The position numbers and the translations under genes are program-made. This document shows, piece after piece, positions 11,751 through 22,116 of a DNA stretch of 64,000 nt. The notes under the pieces were generated by a model, which saw only the letters and a list, made by a program, of their open reading frames with translations, made no database searches and was not told the origin of the DNA. Every line of letters begins with the position of its first letter. The stretch's first letter is position 1. This DNA comes from TPA_inf: Saccharomyces (taxonomy: Eukaryota). Where the stretch lies: assembly GCA_000146045.2 (NCBI GenBank), contig BK006942.2, positions 160,001-224,000 on the forward strand. The letters are read 5' to 3'.

Positions 11751-13028
11751 ATGAGTGGCTCTACAGAATCTAAAAAACAACCAAGAAGAAGATTTATTGG
11801 GAGAAAATCTGGCAACAGTAATAATGACAAATTAACTACAGTGGCTGAAAATGGCAACGAAATAATCCACAAGCAAAAGAGTAGAATCGCCCTAGGTAGG
11901 AGTGTTAATCATGTGCCAGAAGATATATTGAATGACAAAGAGTTGAATGAAGCCATCAAATTATTGCCCTCTAACTACAACTTTGAAATCCACAAAACTG
12001 TGTGGAATATCAGGAAATATAATGCTAAAAGAATAGCCCTACAGATGCCTGAAGGTTTGCTGATTTACTCATTGATTATAAGTGACATTTTGGAACAGTT
12101 CTGTGGTGTTGAAACTCTAGTAATGGGGGATGTGTCTTATGGTGCATGCTGTATTGATGATTTTACTGCTAGGGCATTGGATTGCGATTTTATTGTGCAT
12201 TACGCTCATTCGTGTTTAGTTCCTATTGACGTTACAAAGATTAAAGTACTATATGTCTTTGTTACTATAAATATTCAAGAAGATCATATTATCAAAACGC
12301 TGCAGAAGAATTTTCCTAAGGGATCTAGAATCGCTACATTTGGTACCATTCAGTTTAATCCTGCGGTACACAGCGTCAGAGATAAACTGCTTAACGATGA
12401 AGAACACATGCTGTATATTATTCCACCACAAATCAAGCCTCTATCGAGGGGTGAAGTATTGGGGTGTACTTCTGAAAGATTAGATAAAGAACAATACGAT
12501 GCCATGGTATTCATCGGTGATGGTAGATTTCATTTGGAGTCTGCAATGATACATAATCCGGAAATTCCTGCATTCAAGTATGACCCATACAACAGAAAGT
12601 TCACTAGAGAAGGATACGATCAAAAGCAACTCGTGGAAGTTAGAGCAGAGGCCATTGAAGTCGCTCGGAAGGGTAAAGTTTTTGGTCTGATCTTAGGTGC
12701 ATTAGGTAGACAAGGTAATTTAAACACTGTAAAAAACTTGGAAAAAAACCTGATCGCAGCAGGTAAAACCGTGGTGAAAATTATTCTAAGTGAAGTTTTT
12801 CCCCAAAAGCTCGCAATGTTCGATCAAATTGATGTTTTTGTTCAGGTCGCATGTCCTAGACTGTCCATCGATTGGGGTTATGCCTTCAATAAACCACTAT
12901 TAACACCATATGAGGCTAGTGTCTTACTAAAGAAAGATGTCATGTTCAGCGAAAAATATTATCCAATGGATTATTACGAAGCTAAAGGATACGGGCGTGG
13001 GGAAACTCCGAAACATGCGATTGAATAG
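11751..13028 (+). CDS. DPH1: Diphthamide biosynthesis protein 1, 425 aa
   Basis: The ORF frame opens at 11730. The start MSGSTESKKQ (ATG at 11751) gives the known 425-aa product. The protein is from the Dph1/Dph2 family. Confidence 0.85.
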   Translation: MSGSTESKKQPRRRFIGRKSGNSNNDKLTTVAENGNEIIHKQKSRIALGRSVNHVPEDILNDKELNEAIKLLPSNYNFEIHKTVWNIRKYNAKRIALQMPEGLLIYSLIISDILEQFCGVETLVMGDVSYGACCIDDFTARALDCDFIVHYAHSCLVPIDVTKIKVLYVFVTINIQEDHIIKTLQKNFPKGSRIATFGTIQFNPAVHSVRDKLLNDEEHMLYIIPPQIKPLSRGEVLGCTSERLDKEQYDAMVFIGDGRFHLESAMIHNPEIPAFKYDPYNRKFTREGYDQKQLVEVRAEAIEVARKGKVFGLILGALGRQGNLNTVKNLEKNLIAAGKTVVKIILSEVFPQKLAMFDQIDVFVQVACPRLSIDWGYAFNKPLLTPYEASVLLKKDVMFSEKYYPMDYYEAKGYGRGETPKHAIE

Positions 13029-13364
13029 TTTAAATAGTTTTTGTTGTCACTTGTCTTCCTGTTACATATGTATAAATAGTTAGTATCATATTCTTCGGAG
13101 CATCTTTTCTATTGTTTAAACGTTTTTGACGGCTTGCAGGCGAAACTAAATTGTCTAAAATTCAAAACAATGCCTTCTAACTTGATATCACTGCTGGTCA
13201 AGCCTATTTTTATTCTGGTTTCTCAGGCAAACCCAAATGATATTGTCAAATTTTTCACTGAGTTTGCCAAGCATATTTCCATGGACTTTTGTATGGAAAC
13301 CGTGATGAGAAATCCGGGATTTCTCATCGAGGAAAGAAGTGACTCGAGCCTCTTAAGGCTTAGA

Positions 13365-13592
13365 TTAAACTTTTTTCTTTTTATCGCTGCGTATAAGCAA
13401 TACACCTAAAACAGAACCAGTTAAAGTAAACCCGATCAACAGTAAGAAGATGGGCAGGAAAATTGCAACATTGCTAGAAATGGGGAAGAGTAAACTCACA
13501 ACTGGATTGGAGTTCTCGATCTCGAAGATAGGCAGGAGCGACCATATGACATAATAAGTAAAAAGAAGGCAAATAATTACAAAACGGTTCAT
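13365..13592 (-). CDS. YIL102C-A: Small two-TM membrane protein, 75 aa (probable Dpm2-like subunit)
   Basis: Short ORF with an ATG start and two hydrophobic segments. It matches the size and position of YIL102C-A. Confidence 0.55.
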   Translation of the reverse strand: MNRFVIICLLFTYYVIWSLLPIFEIENSNPVVSLLFPISSNVAIFLPIFLLLIGFTLTGSVLGVLLIRSDKKKKV

Positions 13593-14581
13593 GAAACTAA
13601 ACAGACGTTTACTATGCCCAACCGGTGACTATTCACATTTTTGAGCTAGTATTGCATTTAGAGTACACGCAGTCATCAACAGTTTCTTTGTATCTCTTTC
13701 AAATATATTCCTTTACACGGGAATGCTAGCGGAAATGAATGTAAGGCGGAAAAGCTCTCCGTGCGAAACTATTCTTTTAGACACTGAATAAAGTTGTAGC
13801 CTCATTCCATAATCTGGGTCAGATTTTATGAAAATGTAGTTATTTCTGTTAGTTGCTGGGTTCTACGATATTCTGCTGCGTGGTTTAGCTTTCATACTTG
13901 ATTTTTACTCCTTCATCACTCCATATAGGTTGGATATGGCTGAATCTGTTTTTATCGAGGCACCCTTATGAACATAAACAACAGTATCCCGTCTAAGAAA
14001 TACTTTCGCTACAATGACTTCGAAAATTAGGAGTTGACTGTGGCTTCAGGTCATCACATTGAGTTCAGTATATTCCATCCAAACGTCGAGGCAGGTTGCC
14101 GTTGAAGATGTGCTGGCCCGCTTACAGGCCCATGTTTAACAGCAATTGCACCACATGCATGTCACATATGCATGTCACATATTAGCCCTAATTGTCTAGT
14201 GGAATTTTCGCAGTAAGAATCAAATGTGTTTAAAAGTCATAGCATTGATGAACAGCTTACTCGTATCTCTCTATTTGATTTGGACAATAGCTTGAGCAAA
14301 CGTTGGCAAAACAGCTGCTCTGAATAATGGTCAGCAATTAAATTTGCTTTTTTTGCGTACGGCTGTTCAGATATACTATTGTTGGAATAATAATCAATCG
14401 TCTATTGACTAATGTTTTCATACGTATTATTACTGCCTTCATGAAATAAGTAACCCTAAATTTTTATCACAACATTCTAATGTTCTTCATTTTCTGTAAA
14501 GAAAGAGCAGGACTGTGGCAGAATAGTACCATTTTCATCAGCAAATGTGAGGCTATGCCATTATTTGCGAATGCTATGAAC

Positions 14582-14887
14582 CTACTGCGTTGCATTCTCC
14601 AAGGTTCCCGCTGGGTGGGTCGCCACTAACTCTTCCGTGTGGCCGTCTATTGCTGATGCATTCAAACCATAGTCACCTGCGATAGGGTTAGTTGTGTAAG
14701 AGGTAAAACAGTGACCAGGTGTTAATTCTTCCCAGTTCATCAACAAGCTTGCTGAACCATTGCTCATTATAGTTGTTATACTGCAGGAATATTTCATCTC
14801 GATATCTACTTCTTCCAGAAAAGAATTTTTTAAACAATAATAGACCTCGAATCGCTTCAATTTTTTGAACTTTTCCACCTTTAGCAT
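14582..14887 (-). CDS. YIL102C: Uncharacterised small ORF, 101 aa
   Basis: ORF with an ATG start that ends 144 bp upstream of tT(AGU). It matches the size and position of YIL102C. I recognise no domain. Confidence 0.4.
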   Translation of the reverse strand: MLKVEKFKKLKRFEVYYCLKNSFLEEVDIEMKYSCSITTIMSNGSASLLMNWEELTPGHCFTSYTTNPIAGDYGLNASAIDGHTEELVATHPAGTLENATQ

Positions 14888-15030
14888 CTAACTTGGTTCT
14901 TTAATTACGATAATTCAGGATATGCGCAAGCCACCTACAGATTATAGAAGCAGTCGAGTACGAATCACTGTGACCGTCATCCTAGATAAATAGTATAGCT
15001 TGATGAAGAGTACTGAACCAACAAGTACGA

Positions 15031-15103
15031 GCTTCTATGGCCAAGTTGGTAAGGCGCCACACTAGTAATGTGGAGATCATCGGTTCAAATCCGATTGGAA
15101 GCA
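15031..15103 (+). tRNA. tT(AGU): tRNA-Thr, anticodon AGU, 73 nt
   Basis: GCTTCTATGGCCAAGTTGGTAAGGCGCCACACTAGTAATGTGGAGATCATCGGTTCAAATCCGATTGGAAGCA. The anticodon loop is CT-AGT-AA, with a B box GGTTCAAATCC. A T7 terminator follows. Confidence 0.95.
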
Positions 15104-15105
15104 AT

Positions 15106-15112
15106 TTTTTTC
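15106..15112 (+). terminator. Pol III terminator (T7) for tT(AGU)
   Basis: A run of 7 T lies immediately 3' of the tRNA. Confidence 0.8.
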
Positions 15113-15306
15113 TTCGGCACGTCATACACCTTGTAATGAGTGTACTAATTCTCTCTTCAAAAAGATCATTGTATGTTTTATGTTTTGTCTGGAAAAACAT
15201 ATAGTACGGATATTTTTGAAAAACTTTGAAATAATATGTAAATTATGTAAAAAAATTAAAGAACCATTATAAAAGAATATTACCAAAAATGTAACAGATG
15301 ACATTT

Positions 15307-17250
15307 TTATTGTTTTGAGTTTGTTTTAAATTTGAAATTGTTCAGTGAATTGTTCGCCCTTGGCGAAAAAGAGGTGTCCATATTGGTATTTGTATTATGA
15401 GCTGGTCGTTGGTTTTGTTGCTTATAAACTTCGCTAGCATATTTCAAAAAATGATAGTGATCATCACCATAAGGTTGAGGGAAAGTGGGAGGAGCAGGCG
15501 CGATTGGTGAAGAGGGGACGTTGTAGTGTCTTGGAGACTGGTACTGAGAAGGAACTGGGTGAATGTGGTCGTAAGTATAGTTTAGCTGCCGCTGTGGCGA
15601 CGAGAGCTGGTTTGGTGGGGGTAAAGAGTATCTTTGCTGTGGTATATAGATATTTCCCGGATATGAATACCGGTGACCGTGGGTGTTGTAGAAGGATGCT
15701 AGGTTTGACAAAATTTGCACCGTTGGATCTCTTGGCCCTATTGGAGAAGAAGTTTGAGAGGTGTATGTGGACGACTTTTGCCTTTTGCTGTTTTTTTTAA
15801 TGAAGTTCTTGTCATTTGAGGAAAGGCCCAAGTTTTCTACAAATGAGTCGAATGAGGGCAAGGCGTCCTCAATAACAAGTTTCTGCGCTTTGGAATGGGA
15901 CATGGAAGTAGATCTTTGTCTTGGCCTGGGTCTGGGCTTCTGCCTAGGTCTTGCCACTGCAGTAGACGTAAAATTGGTACTTGTATTAGCAGCAGCAGTA
16001 GCAGCAGTAGCAGCACCTGCACCAGTGGTAGAACTAGCAAATGTAACGTTTTGATGAGCCAAATACCACGATTCGCAATCTTTGGGGAAATCTGGACCAA
16101 AAATAGGCACCAGAAAGTATCTGATCGGAAAACAAAACCGCAGGCATAGCAACCTTGAGATTTCCATCGGCAACCAAGTACCCTGAATTTTGATGTAACC
16201 ACCTCTTATTCTTTTCGTAAAATTTGCCGGATTTAAGTTGGGCAAGTCTATTTGGTCAGGACCAAGTTCATTGATCAGGAAGTCTTTGTAAGACTGGCAA
16301 ATAAGGTCCCGCAGTTCGGGCTTGATGTTGTTCCAATGAAAATCGATGTAATTGTTTGCCTGCGTTGAAGAAGTAGATGAAGAAGACGCATTGGCGTCCA
16401 AGAAGGTAGACCCTGTGGATGTCCGTCTCTTTGGCGGCGAAGAGGTGGAGGACGACAACAGTACGCTTGAAGATTCCTCAGAAGTGAACGAACTGTGATT
16501 GTAAAAGCAAAAAGATAGAATTTTCTCGAATTCAGCCTTGCAAAAGAACTGCTGTTGGCTAGTGGAAACGCTGTCACCTCTGGGCAAGTTTATAAGCCCC
16601 TTCATAACATCCTGATACAGCCGCCAGATGCCCGTCATGAACACATAGCCGGAGTCATGCGACCATATTACGCAGTTGTTAGGGTTGATGAGCTTGTCAT
16701 TGATCAGATTATGGTCCATTTTGGTCAACTTGAACTGCTGATTCTTTGTCAGCGAGGAGGTGGCATTTTCACGCGATGCTGTTGACAGAGCCTTCTTTTC
16801 TTGCTTGGTGGGTGATGCTGAGACTGGTGTTTTGTTAGACCGGGAAGGTAGTATGATCTTACCCATCAGAATATTTTTATCGTGCAGATGCAAGGCGGAG
16901 TGAGGAGTGGCGGAGCTAGCGAGCTGCGATAGCAACGTTTGTTCGTGGACTAGGCTCTGAATTGTTTGTAGGTTGGGAAACTGGTACTCGAAGCAGTTCA
17001 GAACGTTCTGCGCCGCCGCCTCTTCCCCGTTCCCTGCGTCCCGAGCACTGATAATGAAGTTTGGATGTGTGAACTGCGCAGCAATGGAGGATTTATAGTT
17101 AACCTTTCTAATATTGAGTCCGGCGCTGAAACTGGCCGGCGGCGAGTCCCTATCCAGTACGCTGACGAGGTAGAGACGCTGATAGTCGTCCAGGGGGTTG
17201 TCCGTTAAGTGTACCGTGTCACTGTTAATGCTAAAAGCGGGATATTTCAT
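15307..17250 (-). CDS. XBP1: Stress-induced transcriptional repressor with an APSES-type (Swi4/Mbp1-like) DNA-binding domain, 647 aa
   Basis: ORF with an ATG start, an APSES/KilA-N-like segment (WSHDSGYVFMTGIWRL ... GGYIKIQGTWLPM), and Ala/Thr and Ser-rich low-complexity regions. Confidence 0.9.
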   Translation of the reverse strand: MKYPAFSINSDTVHLTDNPLDDYQRLYLVSVLDRDSPPASFSAGLNIRKVNYKSSIAAQFTHPNFIISARDAGNGEEAAAQNVLNCFEYQFPNLQTIQSLVHEQTLLSQLASSATPHSALHLHDKNILMGKIILPSRSNKTPVSASPTKQEKKALSTASRENATSSLTKNQQFKLTKMDHNLINDKLINPNNCVIWSHDSGYVFMTGIWRLYQDVMKGLINLPRGDSVSTSQQQFFCKAEFEKILSFCFYNHSSFTSEESSSVLLSSSTSSPPKRRTSTGSTFLDANASSSSTSSTQANNYIDFHWNNIKPELRDLICQSYKDFLINELGPDQIDLPNLNPANFTKRIRGGYIKIQGTWLPMEISRLLCLRFCFPIRYFLVPIFGPDFPKDCESWYLAHQNVTFASSTTGAGAATAATAAANTSTNFTSTAVARPRQKPRPRPRQRSTSMSHSKAQKLVIEDALPSFDSFVENLGLSSNDKNFIKKNSKRQKSSTYTSQTSSPIGPRDPTVQILSNLASFYNTHGHRYSYPGNIYIPQQRYSLPPPNQLSSPQRQLNYTYDHIHPVPSQYQSPRHYNVPSSPIAPAPPTFPQPYGDDHYHFLKYASEVYKQQNQRPAHNTNTNMDTSFSPRANNSLNNFKFKTNSKQ

Positions 17251-17339
17251 GTTGGAGAAGGTGTCTATGATAAGGTATTTTGAGCTTGCCGTTGTGTGGG
17301 GAGAAGAACTGGATGCGTACCGAGAACGAGCAAGTTAAA

Positions 17340-17520
17340 ACACTAGTACACGAATAATAGATATATATATGTATGTATATATATGTTGAAGTGTGTACAC
17401 ACGTACACGCACAAGCTACAGACGCCACGCGGCCCGGCATTCATATATGTACATACATTTATGCACATATATATATATATATATATGTATATGTAAATGT
17501 ATATATACAGCTTGTGATTT
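17340..17520. repeat. Compound (TA)n/(TG/CA)n microsatellite and low-complexity region
   Basis: Runs such as atatatatatgtatgtatatatatg and atatatatatatatatatatgtatatgtaaatgtatatata. The overlapping 112- and 117-aa ORFs (YIL100C-A and YIL100W) are dubious. Confidence 0.85.
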
Positions 17521-18003
17521 CGCGCGCCGAATGGGCTGAAAAGCACAGTATAGTGGAGAAGAAGAGAGAGGAGAAGGGGAGAGGGGCAATAGCAATGGAT
17601 GTGGTAGAATACAGGGAAGGCCAAGCTGTTGTTCAATGGATGCGGTTCGAGGCCCAGCGCAAGGGGGGCGCTTCGAAGCATAGAACATTATCCGCGGAAA
17701 CGGGTATTAGGGGTGAGGGTGAATAAGGAAAGTCAGGGAAATCGGGCCAGAGTAACACCCATTCATAGCACTCGTACAAGGTGCTTTTAACTTGCCTGCA
17801 TGTGTGGAGTCACAAATTAGGGGACTCAGGCACAGAAGCAAGGGTCCTTTTTTGGTTCCCTGTTTCCTCCTGCGCATTTCGTATTTTTTCTCATCTCTTG
17901 GCTCTGGATCCGTTATCTGTTCTGTTACACAAGAAATCGTACATTTACAATATAGTGATAATCGTGGACTAGAGCAAGATTTCAAATAAGTAACAGCAGC
18001 AAA

Positions 18004-19653
18004 ATGGCAAGACAAAAGATGTTTTATAACAAATTACTCGGCATGCTCAGCGTAGGATTCGGGTTTGCTTGGGCGCTCGAGAACATTACTATATACGAAT
18101 TTGACTTTGGCAAGGGCATTCTCGATCAAAGCTACGGCGGTGTATTTTCAAACAACGGCCCTTCGCAAGTGCAGCTGCGGGATGCAGTCTTGATGAATGG
18201 GACAGTGGTATACGATTCAAACGGCGCTTGGGACAGTAGTGCGCTGGAGGAATGGCTCCAGGGACAGAAAAAAGTTTCCATCGAAAAAATATTTGAAAAT
18301 ATTGGGCCCAGCGCCGTGTATCCGTCTATTTCGCCTGGGGTCGTGATTGCGTCACCATCGCAAACGCATCCAGACTACTTCTACCAATGGATAAGGGACA
18401 GCGCGTTGACGATAAACAGTATTGTCTCTCATTCTGCGGGCCCGGCAATAGAGACGTTATTGCAGTACCTGAACGTTTCATTCCACTTGCAAAGAAGCAA
18501 CAACACATTGGGCGCTGGCATTGGTTACACTAACGATACAGTGGCTTTGGGAGACCCTAAGTGGAACGTCGACAACACGGCTTTCACGGAAGATTGGGGT
18601 CGTCCTCAAAACGATGGGCCTGCTCTTCGAAGCATTGCCATCTTAAAAATCATCGACTACATCAAGCAATCTGGCACTGATCTGGGGGCCAAGTACCCAT
18701 TCCAGTCCACCGCAGATATCTTTGATGATATTGTACGTTGGGACCTGAGGTTCATTATTGACCACTGGAATTCTTCCGGATTTGATCTATGGGAGGAAGT
18801 CAATGGCATGCATTTCTTTACTTTACTGGTACAACTGTCTGCAGTGGACAAGTCGCTGTCGTATTTTAACGCCTCAGAACGGTCGTCTCCCTTTGTTGAA
18901 GAATTGCGTCAGACACGCCGGGACATCTCCAAGTTTTTAGTGGACCCTGCGAATGGGTTTATCAACGGCAAGTACAATTATATTGTTGGGACACCCATGA
19001 TTGCCGACACATTGAGATCCGGACTGGACATATCCACTTTATTAGCTGCGAACACCGTCCACGATGCGCCATCTGCTTCCCATCTTCCGTTCGATATCAA
19101 TGACCCTGCCGTCCTGAACACGTTGCACCATTTGATGTTGCACATGCGTTCGATATACCCCATCAACGATAGCTCCAAAAATGCAACGGGTATTGCCCTG
19201 GGCCGGTATCCTGAGGACGTATATGATGGATATGGCTTTGGCGAGGGAAATCCCTGGGTCCTGGCCACGTGTACCGCTTCAACAACGCTTTATCAGCTCA
19301 TTTACAGACACATCTCTGAGCAGCATGACTTGGTTGTCCCAATGAACAACGATTGTTCGAACGCATTTTGGAGCGAGCTGGTATTCTCCAACCTCACGAC
19401 TTTGGGAAATGACGAAGGCTATTTGATTTTGGAGTTCAATACACCTGCCTTCAATCAAACCATACAAAAAATCTTCCAACTAGCTGATTCATTCTTGGTC
19501 AAGCTGAAAGCTCACGTGGGAACAGACGGGGAACTAAGTGAACAATTTAACAAATACACAGGGTTTATGCAGGGTGCCCAACACCTTACCTGGTCCTATA
19601 CTTCATTCTGGGATGCCTATCAAATAAGACAAGAAGTTTTACAGAGTTTGTAG
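18004..19653 (+). CDS. SGA1: Sporulation-specific glucoamylase (GH15), 549 aa
   Basis: GH15 motifs are present: WGRPQNDGPALR and the catalytic region WEEVNG. Confidence 0.95.
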   Translation: MARQKMFYNKLLGMLSVGFGFAWALENITIYEFDFGKGILDQSYGGVFSNNGPSQVQLRDAVLMNGTVVYDSNGAWDSSALEEWLQGQKKVSIEKIFENIGPSAVYPSISPGVVIASPSQTHPDYFYQWIRDSALTINSIVSHSAGPAIETLLQYLNVSFHLQRSNNTLGAGIGYTNDTVALGDPKWNVDNTAFTEDWGRPQNDGPALRSIAILKIIDYIKQSGTDLGAKYPFQSTADIFDDIVRWDLRFIIDHWNSSGFDLWEEVNGMHFFTLLVQLSAVDKSLSYFNASERSSPFVEELRQTRRDISKFLVDPANGFINGKYNYIVGTPMIADTLRSGLDISTLLAANTVHDAPSASHLPFDINDPAVLNTLHHLMLHMRSIYPINDSSKNATGIALGRYPEDVYDGYGFGEGNPWVLATCTASTTLYQLIYRHISEQHDLVVPMNNDCSNAFWSELVFSNLTTLGNDEGYLILEFNTPAFNQTIQKIFQLADSFLVKLKAHVGTDGELSEQFNKYTGFMQGAQHLTWSYTSFWDAYQIRQEVLQSL

Positions 19654-19771
19654 ACAAAAAAAAAAATAAAAGGAAAGCGAGAAGTATACACAAGTGTATT
19701 TCCTAGATATTTACATCAAATATATATATATACTTATTTACAAAACTCTGATATTATAAATTGATTAGATA

Positions 19772-20239
19772 CTATGTCGGAACGTCCAGCCCAACCACGT
19801 TTGCAGTTCTTTTCACTTTCTCATCCTGTGTCAACTTGTTGCCAGGATTGTATCTGTCGACCAGCTCCTCGTATTCTCTTTGGTTGTCCAAGAACTTGAT
19901 GATGTCCAAAGCGTGTTCGAATATCTCGTCAACGTTTTGTCCCTGGGCCACCTTTTTCTCCCACTTTATATCGTTTTGTAATATGGAACGTAATGACTTA
20001 GAGTCGGCTATAAACAAATTCAAAGATCTGTCGCTTACCGGATCTAGTTTTTTCCATTTCTCTAACTGTCTGTTGATGTTCTCATGCGAGTCTCTCTGAT
20101 TTTGTTTCTTAGCATATTCCAACTTTGTTATCATTGCCTTTCGTAGATTGCCCCAATTGACTATCTTGCTTGGCCTTTCATATTTCAGAATGGCTCTTAT
20201 GAGTCCTCTATATGTGCGTAATGTTCTTGGTCTATCCAT
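19772..20239 (-). CDS. FMC1: Mitochondrial F1-ATPase assembly factor, 155 aa
   Basis: ORF with an ATG start. The size and position match FMC1. Confidence 0.85.
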   Translation of the reverse strand: MDRPRTLRTYRGLIRAILKYERPSKIVNWGNLRKAMITKLEYAKKQNQRDSHENINRQLEKWKKLDPVSDRSLNLFIADSKSLRSILQNDIKWEKKVAQGQNVDEIFEHALDIIKFLDNQREYEELVDRYNPGNKLTQDEKVKRTANVVGLDVPT

Positions 20240-20426
20240 TTCCCTGGCACTCTCTCTTTCTCTCTCTTTTCAGCTTTTTGTTATCCACTTATCGCTGCAA
20301 ATGAAACTCTAGTGCAATTTGAGATATTCACTTTTTGCAAAGGCGAAGAGAAGGGGGTGGTTAAATCTACAATTTCATACATAAAACAGAGAAAATGATT
20401 ATAAATTATAGGAAAGTAGGTAAGCC

Positions 20427-21977
20427 ATGGCAGAGAAATCAATATTTAATGAGCCTGATGTGGATTTCCATTTGAAATTAAATCAACAATTATTTCATAT
20501 TCCTTATGAACTACTGTCCAAACGTATCAAGCATACTCAAGCGGTAATTAATAAGGAAACCAAATCACTACATGAACACACGGCCGCATTAAATCAAATA
20601 TTTGAACATAATGACGTTGAGCACGACGAGTTGGCACTAGCAAAAATAACTGAAATGATTAGGAAAGTTGACCATATAGAAAGATTTTTAAATACGCAAA
20701 TCAAGTCCTACTGTCAGATTTTGAACAGAATTAAAAAAAGGCTGGAGTTTTTCCACGAACTGAAGGACATCAAGTCACAAAATTCAGGAACATCGCACAA
20801 TGGAAATAATGAGGGTACCAGGACTAAATTGATACAGTGGTATCAGAGTTATACAAACATTTTAATTGGTGATTATCTGACGAGGAATAACCCGATTAAA
20901 TACAACTCGGAGACAAAGGATCATTGGAACTCTGGCGTAGTGTTTTTGAAACAGAGCCAACTGGATGATCTCATTGATTATGATGTCCTCTTGGAGGCTA
21001 ATAGAATTTCGACTTCGTTACTACATGAGCGTAATCTCTTACCCCTAATTTCATGGATAAACGAGAACAAAAAGACACTGACCAAAAAGTCCTCTATATT
21101 AGAGTTTCAAGCAAGATTGCAAGAATATATTGAACTACTAAAGGTGGATAACTATACCGACGCTATAGTATGTTTTCAAAGATTCCTTTTACCATTCGTT
21201 AAGAGCAACTTCACCGATTTAAAATTAGCATCTGGACTTCTGATTTTTATCAAATACTGTAATGATCAAAAGCCAACTTCTTCTACCAGCTCTGGATTCG
21301 ATACTGAAGAGATTAAGTCTCAAAGTTTACCAATGAAGAAAGATCGAATATTTCAACATTTTTTTCACAAATCTTTACCTAGAATTACCTCCAAACCTGC
21401 GGTGAATACAACAGACTATGACAAGAGTTCCTTAATAAATTTACAAAGTGGAGATTTCGAAAGATATCTGAATTTATTAGATGATCAAAGATGGTCGGTA
21501 TTAAATGATTTATTCTTGAGCGACTTTTATTCCATGTATGGCATATCACAAAATGACCCTTTATTGATATACCTGTCACTAGGTATATCGTCTTTGAAGA
21601 CAAGAGATTGCCTGCACCCTTCTGACGATGAAAATGGAAATCAAGAGACGGAAACTGCCACAACAGCAGAGAAAGAAGTTGAAGATTTACAACTCTTTAC
21701 GCTACATTCACTAAAAAGGAAAAATTGTCCCGTTTGCAGTGAGACTTTCAAACCAATAACACAGGCATTACCATTTGCTCATCACATTCAGTCTCAATTA
21801 TTTGAAAATCCAATACTATTACCAAATGGAAATGTTTACGACAGTAAAAAATTGAAGAAATTGGCCAAAACATTGAAAAAGCAAAACTTAATTTCTTTAA
21901 ATCCAGGTCAAATTATGGATCCAGTTGACATGAAAATATTTTGCGAATCAGATTCTATCAAAATGTACCCAACCTGA
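20427..21977 (+). CDS. FYV10: GID complex subunit (LisH/CTLH with a C-terminal degenerate RING), 516 aa
   Basis: ORF with an ATG start and a C-terminal CPVC...H RING-like segment. The position matches FYV10/GID9. Confidence 0.9.
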   Translation: MAEKSIFNEPDVDFHLKLNQQLFHIPYELLSKRIKHTQAVINKETKSLHEHTAALNQIFEHNDVEHDELALAKITEMIRKVDHIERFLNTQIKSYCQILNRIKKRLEFFHELKDIKSQNSGTSHNGNNEGTRTKLIQWYQSYTNILIGDYLTRNNPIKYNSETKDHWNSGVVFLKQSQLDDLIDYDVLLEANRISTSLLHERNLLPLISWINENKKTLTKKSSILEFQARLQEYIELLKVDNYTDAIVCFQRFLLPFVKSNFTDLKLASGLLIFIKYCNDQKPTSSTSSGFDTEEIKSQSLPMKKDRIFQHFFHKSLPRITSKPAVNTTDYDKSSLINLQSGDFERYLNLLDDQRWSVLNDLFLSDFYSMYGISQNDPLLIYLSLGISSLKTRDCLHPSDDENGNQETETATTAEKEVEDLQLFTLHSLKRKNCPVCSETFKPITQALPFAHHIQSQLFENPILLPNGNVYDSKKLKKLAKTLKKQNLISLNPGQIMDPVDMKIFCESDSIKMYPT

Positions 21978-22116
21978 AATAGTTTCAAGCTATATGCATT
22001 TTTTTATATAAAGATTTGTCCAACTTTCACAACTATTTTACAGATACTTACGCTATATAAGAATTAGGGAAAATGAAAGTTCTTTCATCAACATGGCGAC
22101 ATTCTTCCTTCTGTAC

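Noticed and set aside
15504-16202. Several 84-121 aa ORFs on both strands inside XBP1
   Set aside because: They overlap the long XBP1 CDS in Ala/Thr/Ser-rich low-complexity sequence. There is no independent support for them.
17343-17726. ORFs of 112 aa (-) and 117 aa (+), corresponding to YIL100C-A and YIL100W
   Set aside because: They span the microsatellite and low-complexity sequence and are reported as dubious.
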